This document shows positions 54,134 through 63,524 of a stretch of DNA of 64,000 bases, piece by piece. The DNA is taken from assembly GCA_934635045.1 (NCBI GenBank), contig CAKTZA010000008.1:17788-81787 (forward strand). The letters are read 5' to 3'. The number at the start of each line of letters is the position of its first letter. Position 1 is the first letter of the stretch. The notes beneath the pieces were generated by a model. It saw only the letters and a list, made by a program, of their open reading frames with translations, was not told the DNA's origin and did no database searches. The position numbers were made by a program, and so were the translations under genes. The DNA comes from an uncultured Kiritimatiellota bacterium (GTDB lineage Bacteria; Verrucomicrobiota; Kiritimatiellia; RFP12; UBA1067).

Positions 54134-57100
54134 ATGAAGGACAAGTTCTTTACGAAGCTCGACTGGGCGGCGTTCGGCGCCGCCACGCTCATCACGTTCG
54201 TCGTCTACTTCTTCACGCTCGGCCCCTCCGTCGGCCTGGAGGACTCGGGCGAGCTCGCGACGGCCGCCGCGAACCTCGGCGTGCCGCATCCGCCGGGCTA
54301 TCCGTTCTGGACGTTCTGCTCGTGGCTGTTCTGCAAGGCGTTCTCCTGGGTGACGTACATGGGCCACTCGACGCCGGCGTGGGCCGTCTCGCTCTGCTCG
54401 GCGACGTTCGGCGCGCTGGCGGCCGGCTGCACGGCGATGCTCATCTGCCGCTCGTCGTGCGACTTCATCGGGCAGGACGACGAGAACCCCGACTTCCACG
54501 CGATCCGCCCGTCGAGCCTCCTCGCCTTCGGCGGCGCGGTCGGCGGCGCGCTCACGTTCTCGCTCTCGCCCGTCGAATGGTCGCAGTCGACGATCGTCGA
54601 GATCTACTCGCTGAACGCGCTCTTCCTGATGTGGGTCTTTTTGCTCTCCTACCGCTGGATGCGCCGCCCGTCGGACAAGGTGCTCTGGATGACGGCGTTC
54701 GTCTTCGGCCTCGGCCTCACGAACTACCAGGTCCTCCTCTTCGCGATCGTGCCGCTCGCGCTCGTCATCGCGATGCGAAACATCGGGCTCTTCCGCGACG
54801 TCTTCATCTACCTCGTGCCCGTCGGGATGACGTGGCAGCTCCTGCAGATCGGCCAGCTCGCGCGCGCCGACCGCTACATGCAGGCGAACGTCATCAGCAA
54901 GCACGCGCCGCTCGTGAACGAGGCCGTCTCGGCGCCGTCCTCGACGGTGCTCGCGCTCGCGCTCGTCGCGCTCGTGGGCGCGCTTGTCGCGGCGGCCGTC
55001 CTGAAGCGGCGCGGACAGGCCGAGCGGGCGGCGAAGGCCGTCCTCATCGTCGGCGGCGGCGCGGCCGCGCTCGTCTTCCTGACGTCTTTCGTCTTCGTCT
55101 CGAAGAACACGTGGACGGGCGTGACGGCCGAGGTCGCGCCGCTGATTGCGCCGACGCGCTACGCCTTCATTGCCGCGCTCTGCGCCGGGTCGGTCGTCGC
55201 GGCCGTCCTCGCCTCCCTGAAGGGCGCGGACGACGACGTGGAGGGGCTCTTTCCGCGCCTCGCGGCGCAGTTCAACCGCGAGCTGCTCGTCTCCGCCGCG
55301 CTCGCGCTCGCGGCCGTCGTCGCGGCGCTCACGGTGCCGGCGGCGGACGCGGCGGGCTACACGGGGCCCGCGTTCCCGTGGGGCAAGTCGACGGGGATGT
55401 TCGCGCTCCTCGTCGCGCTCCTCTTCGTGCTGACGTCGTTCACGCGCAAGGGGCTCTCGTTCGCGATTCCCGTCGCGGGGCTTCACGTCGCGGCGTTCGT
55501 CCTCCTCTCGCATGGCGCGCTGAACGGCCTCACGCACCCGGCGAGCTGGTGGTTCGCCTGGCCGATCGCGTGGAACTTCGTCCTCCTCGCGCTCGCGTGG
55601 CTCACGCTGCCGAACGGGCGCTCCGTCGCAGGCGCGGCGTTCTTCGCGCAGCTCGGCGTCTCGTTCTACGCCTACATGCCGATCGTCTCCGACCTCCGCA
55701 ACCCGCCGATGAACTGGGGCTATCCGCGCACGTGGGAGGGCTTCAAGCACGCGATCATGCGCGGCCAGTACGAGGCGATCGGCGTGCCGAGCTTCCCGTC
55801 CGTCGGCGCGTTCCTCGCGTTCTTCCTCCGGCAGATGGGCCACTACTTCGGCGACGTGATGGTGCAGTTCACCGACCTGCTCGTGCCGTTCGCGCTCGTG
55901 CCGTTCGCGGCGGGCCACTGGATCGTCGAGAAGGCGCACCGCAAGACGTTCTGGCAGTGGATGGTCGCGGCGGCGGCGTGCTTCCTCATGATGTCGGGCC
56001 TCCTCATCCTGCTCGCGAACGTGAAGGGCGACGTGCAGGACGGCTTCATCCAGAAGGTGAAGTTCATCTCCTCGCACGCGATGATCGCGCTCTGGATCGG
56101 CTACGGCCTCGTCTTCGCGGCGGCGGCCGCGCTGCGGCTCTTCCAGCGCAAGGCGGCGAACGTCCTGCCGGCGGACGGCGTGGAGCAGCGCCTGACGAGC
56201 CGGCGCATCCGCCGCAGCGGCGGCATCGCGGTCGCCGCGTGCGTCGCGGGCCTCACGATCCTCGTCTGCGCCGTCTACCCGATCGTCCAGAACTACACCG
56301 ACGAGCGGATGGTCTTCGAGCTCGGCGGCAACGAGCAGAACGGCCACACCTTCGGCTGGCAGTTCGGCGCCTACCAGCTGGAGGGCGCGAAGGCGATCAG
56401 CGAGCAGGTCGTGGCGGACGAGGAGCCGCTCCCGGACCCGGCGTATCCGCCGCCGATGGAGAAGTTCGCGATCTTCTTCGGCGGGACCGACCCGGGGCGG
56501 TTCGTGCCGACCTACATGATCTACTCGGCGAAGTTCCGTCCCGACGTCTACCTCATCACGCAGAACGCCCTCGCCGACGACACGTACATGTCCGTCCAGC
56601 GCGACCTCTACGGCGACGAGATCTGGATTCCCTCGAAGGAGGACTCGGCCGAGGCGTTCAACGTCTACGTGGACGAGGTCCAGCGCGGCGTGCGCCCGGC
56701 GAACGGCGACCTGCAGATCCAGAACGGGCGCGTGCAGGTGACGGGGGCGCTCGGCGTCATGGAGATCAACGGCATCCTCACGAAGATGATGCACGACCAC
56801 GACCGCCTGCGGCATGCGTTCTACGTTGAGGAGTCGTACGTCATCCCGTGGATGTACCCGTACCTCTCGCCGCACGGGCTCATCATGAAGATCAACGCCG
56901 ACCCGACGCCGTACGACGCGAAGCGCGCCGCGCAGGATCGTGACTTCTGGGACTGGTACACGCGGCGGCTCCTCGACGACCCGATGTACCGGCGCGACTT
57001 CGCGGGGCAGAAGAGCTTCTCGAAGCTGCGCGCGGCGATCGCCGGCCTCTACCAGAAGCAGGGGCGTCCGCGCGAGGGCGCGCAGGCGTTCCGCGAGGCG

Positions 57101-57706
57101 GTGCTCCTCTACCCGGCCTCGCCGGAGGCGACCTTCCGCTATGCGCAGGAGTGCCTGCTGCCGTTCCGCAGGTGGGACATCGTGCTGGAGCTGATGGACT
57201 ACACGGACGTGATCGACCCGAACAACAAGCGCACGGCGAGCCTCCGGGGCTACGTCATGCGCGTCCGCGCCCTGACGGCGGAGGTCCAGCGGCTGGAGGC
57301 GAAGCGGCGCGCGAAGACGTTCGCCGATGCGGACGCCTTTGCGCTTGCGCGCGCCTACTACGAGCTGGGCCGCGTCGCGGAGGCCGCGTCGCTCGTGCGC
57401 GGGTTTGCGGACAAGACCTCGGATCCGCAGACGCTGCAGGTGCTCGTGCGCATCTTCCTCGACGCGCAGCAGGACGCGGACGCCGAGAAGGCACTGAACC
57501 GCTACCTGAAGGCGAATCCGCAGGGCGACGCGAACGCCTGGGCCGACCTCGCGAAGCTCCAGTACCGGTCGGGCCGCAAGCAGGCCGCGCAGCAGAGCTT
57601 CATTCAGGGCTACCGCATCGACGCGCAGGCGCTCTTCCAGCGGCTGCAGCGGGACCATGAGCTCTACGAACTCGCCGCGCCGCTCTTCCAGCAGCGGCGT
57701 CCCTGA
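54134..57706 (+). CDS. DUF2723/TMEM260-like polytopic membrane protein (putative glycosyltransferase) with C-terminal TPR repeats, 1190 aa
   Basis: N-terminal GLEDSGELATAAANLGVPHPPGYPFW signature of the DUF2723 family. More than 15 TM helices. C-terminal TPR-like helical repeats. TTTTGGTATAAT 11 nt before the ATG. Confidence 0.55.
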   Translation: MKDKFFTKLDWAAFGAATLITFVVYFFTLGPSVGLEDSGELATAAANLGVPHPPGYPFWTFCSWLFCKAFSWVTYMGHSTPAWAVSLCSATFGALAAGCTAMLICRSSCDFIGQDDENPDFHAIRPSSLLAFGGAVGGALTFSLSPVEWSQSTIVEIYSLNALFLMWVFLLSYRWMRRPSDKVLWMTAFVFGLGLTNYQVLLFAIVPLALVIAMRNIGLFRDVFIYLVPVGMTWQLLQIGQLARADRYMQANVISKHAPLVNEAVSAPSSTVLALALVALVGALVAAAVLKRRGQAERAAKAVLIVGGGAAALVFLTSFVFVSKNTWTGVTAEVAPLIAPTRYAFIAALCAGSVVAAVLASLKGADDDVEGLFPRLAAQFNRELLVSAALALAAVVAALTVPAADAAGYTGPAFPWGKSTGMFALLVALLFVLTSFTRKGLSFAIPVAGLHVAAFVLLSHGALNGLTHPASWWFAWPIAWNFVLLALAWLTLPNGRSVAGAAFFAQLGVSFYAYMPIVSDLRNPPMNWGYPRTWEGFKHAIMRGQYEAIGVPSFPSVGAFLAFFLRQMGHYFGDVMVQFTDLLVPFALVPFAAGHWIVEKAHRKTFWQWMVAAAACFLMMSGLLILLANVKGDVQDGFIQKVKFISSHAMIALWIGYGLVFAAAAALRLFQRKAANVLPADGVEQRLTSRRIRRSGGIAVAACVAGLTILVCAVYPIVQNYTDERMVFELGGNEQNGHTFGWQFGAYQLEGAKAISEQVVADEEPLPDPAYPPPMEKFAIFFGGTDPGRFVPTYMIYSAKFRPDVYLITQNALADDTYMSVQRDLYGDEIWIPSKEDSAEAFNVYVDEVQRGVRPANGDLQIQNGRVQVTGALGVMEINGILTKMMHDHDRLRHAFYVEESYVIPWMYPYLSPHGLIMKINADPTPYDAKRAAQDRDFWDWYTRRLLDDPMYRRDFAGQKSFSKLRAAIAGLYQKQGRPREGAQAFREAVLLYPASPEATFRYAQECLLPFRRWDIVLELMDYTDVIDPNNKRTASLRGYVMRVRALTAEVQRLEAKRRAKTFADADAFALARAYYELGRVAEAASLVRGFADKTSDPQTLQVLVRIFLDAQQDADAEKALNRYLKANPQGDANAWADLAKLQYRSGRKQAAQQSFIQGYRIDAQALFQRLQRDHELYELAAPLFQQRRP

Positions 57707-57739
57707 CGGCTCAAGGAAATCAAGAAAGGAAACGAAGAC

Positions 57740-58819
57740 ATGCTGATCCAGACACTCTTGGCCGCGACGGCGCTCGGCACGGGCGACTGCCGGATGCCCG
57801 CCAACGCCTACGTCGTGCAGAACGTGCCCGGCTACAACTCGTGGCCGATGATCCAGGCGATGGGCCCGACGCTCGTCTGCACGTACAGCCGCGACAACGC
57901 CCGGCCGGCAGACGGGCACACGATCCATCCGGGCAGCCGCGATTCCTACGCGAAGGTCTCGACGGACGGCGGGCGGACGTGGTCGCGGGAGGTGACGATC
58001 GCGTCCGACCCGAAGATCGGCGAGGTCAACGAGGGCATCGGGCTGGACTCGACGGGCGCGGTGCTCGCGTGGGTGCGCTGCTGGGGGGCGCCGGAACACC
58101 GCCGCCATGAGCTCTACCGCTCGACGGACGGCTTCGCGTTCGAGAAGATCGCCTCGCTGCGGCTCGACCCGTTCCCCATGCAGGTGCTGGACCCGGTTCT
58201 CGTGCCGGAGCTCGGCCTCGTCTCGCCGTGGTTCGCCGGCAGCTACCGCAAGGACGGCGGCAACGCCTGGGGCCTGCTCGTGAGCGCGGACGACGGCCGC
58301 ACGTGGGAGCAGCGGACGATCGAGTCGAACCTGTCGGTCAAGGAATGGGTGACGGAATCGTCGCTCGTGCCGCTCGGAAACGGGCGCATCCTCCTGATCG
58401 GCCGCTGCGAGCAGGGGCGCGGCACGCAGTTCCAGGTCACGAGCGTCGACGGCGGGAAGACCTGGAAGAAGGCGCGGACGAACATCGGCGACGTGCTGGA
58501 ATCGACGCCGAGCCTCGTCTACGATGCGCGGACGGGACTCGTCGCGAACTACTACTACCATCGCGGGGCGCGCCGGCTCAAGCGCCGCGTCGCGAACGCC
58601 GACTTCATCTTCACCCACCCGGAGGCCTGGCCTGAGCCGGAGATCCTTGACGAGGGCTACGAGCCGCGCGCCTACGACGCCGGCAACGTCAAGGCGACCC
58701 GCCTGCTCGGCAAGACCGACTGCTGCGCGTGGTACACGGGCACGCAGTCGAACGCAACGGTCGTCGTGACGGTCGTCCCGGCGCCGACAGCCGTTTCGGG
58801 GGCTCGGGCGGCGAAATGA
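57740..58819 (+). CDS. BNR/Asp-box repeat beta-propeller protein (exo-alpha-sialidase-like, GH33-type)
   Basis: Three Asp-boxes [25 protein letters not shown]-terminal signal-like segment. Confidence 0.6.
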   Translation: MLIQTLLAATALGTGDCRMPANAYVVQNVPGYNSWPMIQAMGPTLVCTYSRDNARPADGHTIHPGSRDSYAKVSTDGGRTWSREVTIASDPKIGEVNEGIGLDSTGAVLAWVRCWGAPEHRRHELYRSTDGFAFEKIASLRLDPFPMQVLDPVLVPELGLVSPWFAGSYRKDGGNAWGLLVSADDGRTWEQRTIESNLSVKEWVTESSLVPLGNGRILLIGRCEQGRGTQFQVTSVDGGKTWKKARTNIGDVLESTPSLVYDARTGLVANYYYHRGARRLKRRVANADFIFTHPEAWPEPEILDEGYEPRAYDAGNVKATRLLGKTDCCAWYTGTQSNATVVVTVVPAPTAVSGARAAK

Positions 58820-59850
58820 AGACAGCGCTCGTCACAGGTGGCGCGGGGTTTCTCGGCAGCAATCTCTGCGCGCGGCTTCTGAAGGACGGCTACAAGGTCG
58901 TCGCGCTCGACAACCTCTACACGGGTTCGCGCGACAACCTCGCGGCGTTTGCCTCGAATCCGAACTTCGCGTTCGTCGAGGCCGACGTCACCGACCTCAC
59001 GCGCGACGCCTTTCGGAAAAAGCTCGACGACCTCTGCACTTCTTCCCTTTTCCCTTTTCCTTTTTCCTTCTCCGAAATCTACAACCTCGCCTGTCCGGCG
59101 AGTCCGCCGCACTACCAGGCGCGCCCGATCTTCACGACGCTGACGTCGGTGAAGGGCGTTCTCTTCTGCCTCGACCTCGCGCGGCGGGACGGCGCGAAGC
59201 TCCTGCACACCTCGACGAGCGAGGTCTACGGCGACGCGCAGGTGCATCCGCAGCCGGAGGGCTACTGGGGCAACGTCAACACGATCGGCATCCGCAGCTG
59301 CTACGACGAGGGCAAGCGCGTCGCCGAGACGCTGGTCGCCGACCATGTGCGCGCCTATGACGTCGACGCGCGGATGGTGCGCATCTTCAACACGTACGGG
59401 CCGATGATGAATCCGGCGGACGGCCGCGTCGTCTCGAACTTCATCTGCCAGGCGCTGCGCGGCGAGGACTTGACGGTCTACGGCACGGGGCGGCAGACGC
59501 GCTCGTTCCAGTACTGCGACGACCTGATCGACGCCTTCCGCCGCTACATGGAGCTGCCGAAGGAGACGCTGCGCGCGTTCTTCCGTCCGCCGCGTCCGCC
59601 GGTGCCCGTCCTCAACACGGGCAACCCCGGCGAGTTCACGATGCTGGAGCTGGCGGAGGAGGTTCTGCGGCAGATTCCGGGCACGGGCTCGAAGCTCGTG
59701 TTCCGTCCGCTCCCCGGCGACGACCCGAAGCAGCGCAAGCCCGACATCGCGCTCGCACAGGAGCTGCTGGGCTGGTCGCCGCGTGTGCCGCTCGCCGAAG
59801 GGCTGGCGAAGACGATTGCCTATTTTCGAGAAAAGACAGGAAGGAAATGA
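58816..59850 (+). CDS. UDP-glucuronate decarboxylase-like NAD-dependent epimerase/dehydratase
   Basis: [11 protein letters not shown] Rossmann motif, YxxxK region (YDEGKR), ...[18 protein letters not shown] overlap with upstream gene. Carries an in-frame pyrimidine tract at 59037..59082. Confidence 0.7.
   Translation: MKTALVTGGAGFLGSNLCARLLKDGYKVVALDNLYTGSRDNLAAFASNPNFAFVEADVTDLTRDAFRKKLDDLCTSSLFPFPFSFSEIYNLACPASPPHYQARPIFTTLTSVKGVLFCLDLARRDGAKLLHTSTSEVYGDAQVHPQPEGYWGNVNTIGIRSCYDEGKRVAETLVADHVRAYDVDARMVRIFNTYGPMMNPADGRVVSNFICQALRGEDLTVYGTGRQTRSFQYCDDLIDAFRRYMELPKETLRAFFRPPRPPVPVLNTGNPGEFTMLELAEEVLRQIPGTGSKLVFRPLPGDDPKQRKPDIALAQELLGWSPRVPLAEGLAKTIAYFREKTGRK
59037..59082 (+). repeat. Polypyrimidine (TTCCC/TTTCC) tract in frame (encodes [13 protein letters not shown]) immediately before the [11 protein letters not shown] motif
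   Basis: cacttcttcccttttcccttttcctttttccttctcc. Confidence 0.6.
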
Positions 59851-61226
59851 AAGAGATGAGTTCAATTCTTGACAAGATCGTGTCCGACCGCGAGAAGTAC
59901 TCGTGCTCGGTGAAGACGCTCGGCCCCTGCACGATACCCTCGCCCGTCAAGCTGGGGCAGTTCGTACAGGACGGCGAGCGCATCTTCGCGACGGAGAACG
60001 AGGCCTACGCGAAGTTCGCCGAGACGAAGCTCGGCCACCAGCCGACGTTCGAGCGGGCGGGCCCGCGCGAGAAGATCTTCCATGACCCAAGCTGGACGCG
60101 CGTCGCGATCGTGACGGCGGGCGGGCTCTGCCCCGGCCTGAACACGGTCATCAAGGGCCTCGTCGAGATCCTGGAGTTCGACTACGGCGTGAAGAACATC
60201 TACGGCATCCGCTACGGCTACGCGGGGCTGAACCCGAAGTACGGCTACGAGCCGCTGATGCTCAACCCGGACAATGTCGACACAATCCACGAGCAGGGCG
60301 GGACGATCCTCGGGTCGAGCCGGGGCGTGCAGCCGACGGACATCATGGTCGACACGCTCGTGCGGATGAACATCAACGTCCTCTTCTGCATCGGCGGCGA
60401 CGGCTCGCTCCGGTGCGCGAGCGACATCGCGACGGAAATCGCGCAGCGGGGGCTGAAGATCTCCGTCGTCGGCATCCCGAAGACGATCGACAACGACCTC
60501 GTCTTCATCGGCCGCAGCTTCGGCTTCGAGACGGCGGTCGCCGAGGCGGCCGAGGTCACGCGCAACGCGCACGTCGAGGCGAAGGGCACGCCGCACGGCA
60601 TCGGCCTCGTGAAGCTGATGGGGCGCGACTCCGGCTTCATCGCCGCCGCCGCGTCGATCGCGAACCCGAACGTCAACTTCTGCCTCGTGCCGGAGGTGAA
60701 GTTCGAGATGGAGGGGCCGCGCGGCCTGCTGACGGCGCTGGAGCGCCGCTTCGCCGCCGGGAAGTCGCACGCCGTCATCGTCGTCGCGGAGGGCGCGGGG
60801 CAGGAGCTCCTCGCCGGCAGCGAGGAGCGCGACGCGAGCGGCAACGTCCTGAAGAAGGACATCGGCGTCTACCTGAAGAAGCGCATTTCGGAGCACTTCA
60901 AGAGCCGGGGCTTCGACACGAGCGTGAAGTACATCGACCCCAGCTACATCATTCGCAGCTGCCCGGCGCGCGGCACGGACGCGATCCGCTGCTACAGCCT
61001 CGCGCGCGCGGCGGCGCACGCGGCGATGGCGGGGCGCACCGACTGCGTCGTCGGCAATCTCGGCGAGAGCTACGCGCTCGTGCCGATCGCGCTCGCGACG
61101 ATCGAGCGCCAGAAGCTCGACATCGAAGGCCAGCTCTGGCGGAGCGTGCTCGACGCGACGGGGCAGAACTTCTACTTCGACGGCACGCCGCGCGCAAAGG
61201 GCGCGGGCGACGCCTTCGCGCCGTGA
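59847..61226 (+). CDS. 6-phosphofructokinase (long PFK; GGDGS motif suggests ATP-dependent)
   Basis: PFK motifs [30 protein letters not shown]. Confidence 0.7.
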   Translation: MKEMSSILDKIVSDREKYSCSVKTLGPCTIPSPVKLGQFVQDGERIFATENEAYAKFAETKLGHQPTFERAGPREKIFHDPSWTRVAIVTAGGLCPGLNTVIKGLVEILEFDYGVKNIYGIRYGYAGLNPKYGYEPLMLNPDNVDTIHEQGGTILGSSRGVQPTDIMVDTLVRMNINVLFCIGGDGSLRCASDIATEIAQRGLKISVVGIPKTIDNDLVFIGRSFGFETAVAEAAEVTRNAHVEAKGTPHGIGLVKLMGRDSGFIAAAASIANPNVNFCLVPEVKFEMEGPRGLLTALERRFAAGKSHAVIVVAEGAGQELLAGSEERDASGNVLKKDIGVYLKKRISEHFKSRGFDTSVKYIDPSYIIRSCPARGTDAIRCYSLARAAAHAAMAGRTDCVVGNLGESYALVPIALATIERQKLDIEGQLWRSVLDATGQNFYFDGTPRAKGAGDAFAP

Positions 61227-61268
61227 GGCGCGCGAAACTTTCCATTCACCGCACAACCACCTAACGCC

Positions 61269-62567
61269 ATGAAAGACCTGAAAGCCGCTTACAAGACCAT
61301 CGAGACCGACCATTTCGCGCCGACGCTGGAGATTTCGTTCATCGACGGCCCGAACCGCCAGACCCTGCGCTACGAGAAGGTGACGTGGGACATCGGCGGC
61401 GAGAAGAAGGGCCTGCGCTACGGCGAGAACCCCGGCCAGGAGGCCGCGCTCTACAAGCTCGTCAACGGCAACCTCGCGCTCGGCGACGTCGCGCTCGTCC
61501 AGCCGGGGCAGTACCTCGCCTCGGTGCCGGAACTGCTGCAGTCGGGCAAGCACCCCGGCAAGACGAACGTGACGGACGCCGACAACGCGCTCAACATCCT
61601 GCGCTACCTGATGGACAAGCCGTGCGCCGTCATCGTCAAGCACAACAACCCGTGCGGCGTCGCGACGGGCTCGACGCTCGCCGAGGCCTACTTCCGCGCG
61701 AACCGGGCCGACCGCCTCGCCGCGTTCGGCGGCGCGATCGCGCTCAACCGCGACTGCGACCTGGAGACGGCGAAGCTGATCGTCGAGAACTACGCCGAGG
61801 TCGTTGTCGCGCCGGACTTCGCGCCGGGCGTCATGGACGTCTTCGCGGCGAAGAAGAACCTGCGCGTCTTCCGCATCCGCAACATGGCCCGCCTCGCCGA
61901 CTTCGTCGCGAAGCGCGTCATCGACTTCAAGTCGCTCGTCGACGGCGGCCTCGTCGCGCAGGCCTCGTTCTGCGCGAACGCGCGCACGCCCGCCGACTTC
62001 CTGCCCGCGTACTGCAACCGCAAGATCACGGACAAGGCGACGGGCACCATCACCTACGAGGAGCACAAGATCAGGCGGCTCCCGACGGCGACGGAATACG
62101 AAGACCTCGTCTTCGGGTGGCTTGTCGAGGCGGGCGTGACGTCGAACTCCGTCCTCTACGTGAAGGACGGCGCGACCGTCGGCATCGGCACGGGCGAGCA
62201 GGACCGCGTCGGCGTCGCGGAGATTGCGCGCGACAAGGCCTACACGAAGCGCGCGGACTGGATCGCCTGGGAGAAGTACGGCAAGCCGTTCAACGACCTG
62301 CGGCTCGTCTTCGGCGAGGCGGACGGCGCGAAGAAGCAGACCGAGATCCTTGAGCAGACGAAGGCCGAGAAGGGCGGCTTGCCCGGCTGCGCGATGGTGT
62401 CCGACGCCTTCTTCCCGTTCCGCGACGGGCTGGAGGTCGGCTTGCGCGAGGGCATCACGTCGGTCGTGCAGCCCGGCGGCGCGATCCGCGACTGGGACGT
62501 CATCGACTGCGCGAACGAGGCGGGTGTCGCGATGGTCTTCACGGGCCAGCGCAGCTTCCGCCACTGA
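61269..62567 (+). CDS. AICAR transformylase-domain protein (PurH-like) lacking the N-terminal MGS/IMP-cyclohydrolase domain
   Basis: YGENPGQEAALY, AVIVKHNNPCGVA, AAFGGAIALNR, EVVVAPDF match the PurH C-terminal AICARFT domain. Only 42 nt separate it from the upstream gene, so no room for an MGS domain. Confidence 0.6.
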   Translation: MKDLKAAYKTIETDHFAPTLEISFIDGPNRQTLRYEKVTWDIGGEKKGLRYGENPGQEAALYKLVNGNLALGDVALVQPGQYLASVPELLQSGKHPGKTNVTDADNALNILRYLMDKPCAVIVKHNNPCGVATGSTLAEAYFRANRADRLAAFGGAIALNRDCDLETAKLIVENYAEVVVAPDFAPGVMDVFAAKKNLRVFRIRNMARLADFVAKRVIDFKSLVDGGLVAQASFCANARTPADFLPAYCNRKITDKATGTITYEEHKIRRLPTATEYEDLVFGWLVEAGVTSNSVLYVKDGATVGIGTGEQDRVGVAEIARDKAYTKRADWIAWEKYGKPFNDLRLVFGEADGAKKQTEILEQTKAEKGGLPGCAMVSDAFFPFRDGLEVGLREGITSVVQPGGAIRDWDVIDCANEAGVAMVFTGQRSFRH

Positions 62568-62574
62568 GGGGCCG

Positions 62575-63294
62575 ATGGAGATCTTCGGCTACACGTTCAG
62601 GAACGACGCGCTCCTGAAGGAGGCGCTGACGACGCCGGCGTACCGCATGGTACATCCGCACGCGACGGACAACCAGCGGCTGGAGTTCCTCGGCGACGCG
62701 GTCTTGGGGCTGCTTGCGGCCGAGCGGCTCTACGCGGCGTTCCCGCACGCGGCGGAGGGCGCGCTCACGGTGCGGCGCACGCATATGGTGTCGTCGTCGG
62801 CGCTCTGCGCGGCGGCGAACCGCTTCGACCTGGTTTCGCGCCTGAAGCGCAATCGCGGCGCGTCGGAGCTTTCGCGCCATGCGAAGACGCTTGCGGACGC
62901 CGTCGAGGCGATTCTCGGCGCGGCGTATCTGGACGGCGGCTTCGCGGCGGCGCGGACGATTTTCGAGACGCTGGAACTGGCGACGGAGGAGCCTTCGGCG
63001 GATGTCTGGGCGGACAATCCGAAGGGCGCATTGCAGGAGCGCGTGCAGGCGTTGAAGCCGCCGCGCCATCCCGTCTACGAGCTGCTGAAGGCGGAGGGTG
63101 CGGCGCATGCGCCCGTCTTCACCGTGCGCGTCACGGTCGAGGGCGTCGGCTGCGCCGAGGCATCCGCCGGCAGCCACAAGGAGGCCGAGGCCGCCGCCGC
63201 CGCAAAACTGCTGCGGATGGCCTTTGGAACGGACGCGGCGGTTGCGGAGAACGTGCCGTCGGCGCGCGGATTGACTTCTCGTTTGTCAACATGA
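62575..63294 (+). CDS. rnc: Ribonuclease III
   Basis: RNase III signature ERLEFLGDAVLGL. Catalytic acidic residues. C-terminal dsRBD (..SHKEAEAAAAAKLL). Confidence 0.85.
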   Translation: MEIFGYTFRNDALLKEALTTPAYRMVHPHATDNQRLEFLGDAVLGLLAAERLYAAFPHAAEGALTVRRTHMVSSSALCAAANRFDLVSRLKRNRGASELSRHAKTLADAVEAILGAAYLDGGFAAARTIFETLELATEEPSADVWADNPKGALQERVQALKPPRHPVYELLKAEGAAHAPVFTVRVTVEGVGCAEASAGSHKEAEAAAAAKLLRMAFGTDAAVAENVPSARGLTSRLST

Positions 63295-63300
63295 TATAAT
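63271..63300 (+). promoter_or_regulatory. Canonical TTGACT-N18-TATAAT promoter for tRNA-Arg(UCU); paralog of the 24091..24120 promoter
   Basis: ttgacttctcgtttgtcaacatgatataat. Overlaps the rnc 3' end. Confidence 0.6.
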
Positions 63301-63394
63301 TCTCGCCCGTGTGATAAAGCCGGGATTTCGGGTGAAACCGCGAATTCCACGGCATTTGCGCACGAATCGATCTCGCATGGCGAGAAAAGCACAA

Positions 63395-63468
63395 GGTCCT
63401 GTAGCTCATCTGGACAGAGCAGCTGCCTTCTAAGCAGCGGGTAGTGGGTTCGAGTCCCGCCAGGACCG
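63395..63468 (+). tRNA. tRNA-Arg (anticodon UCU)
   Basis: Acceptor GGUCCUG/CAGGACC. Anticodon stem GCUGC/GCAGC with loop CUUCUAA. T-loop UUCGAGU. Discriminator G followed by CC (CCA not fully encoded). Confidence 0.85.
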
Positions 63469-63524
63469 CCCGTCGCGCGGGGCGTTGCGTAGGGGCCGTC
63501 TGATTTTTGGTATAATTCGCGCCC

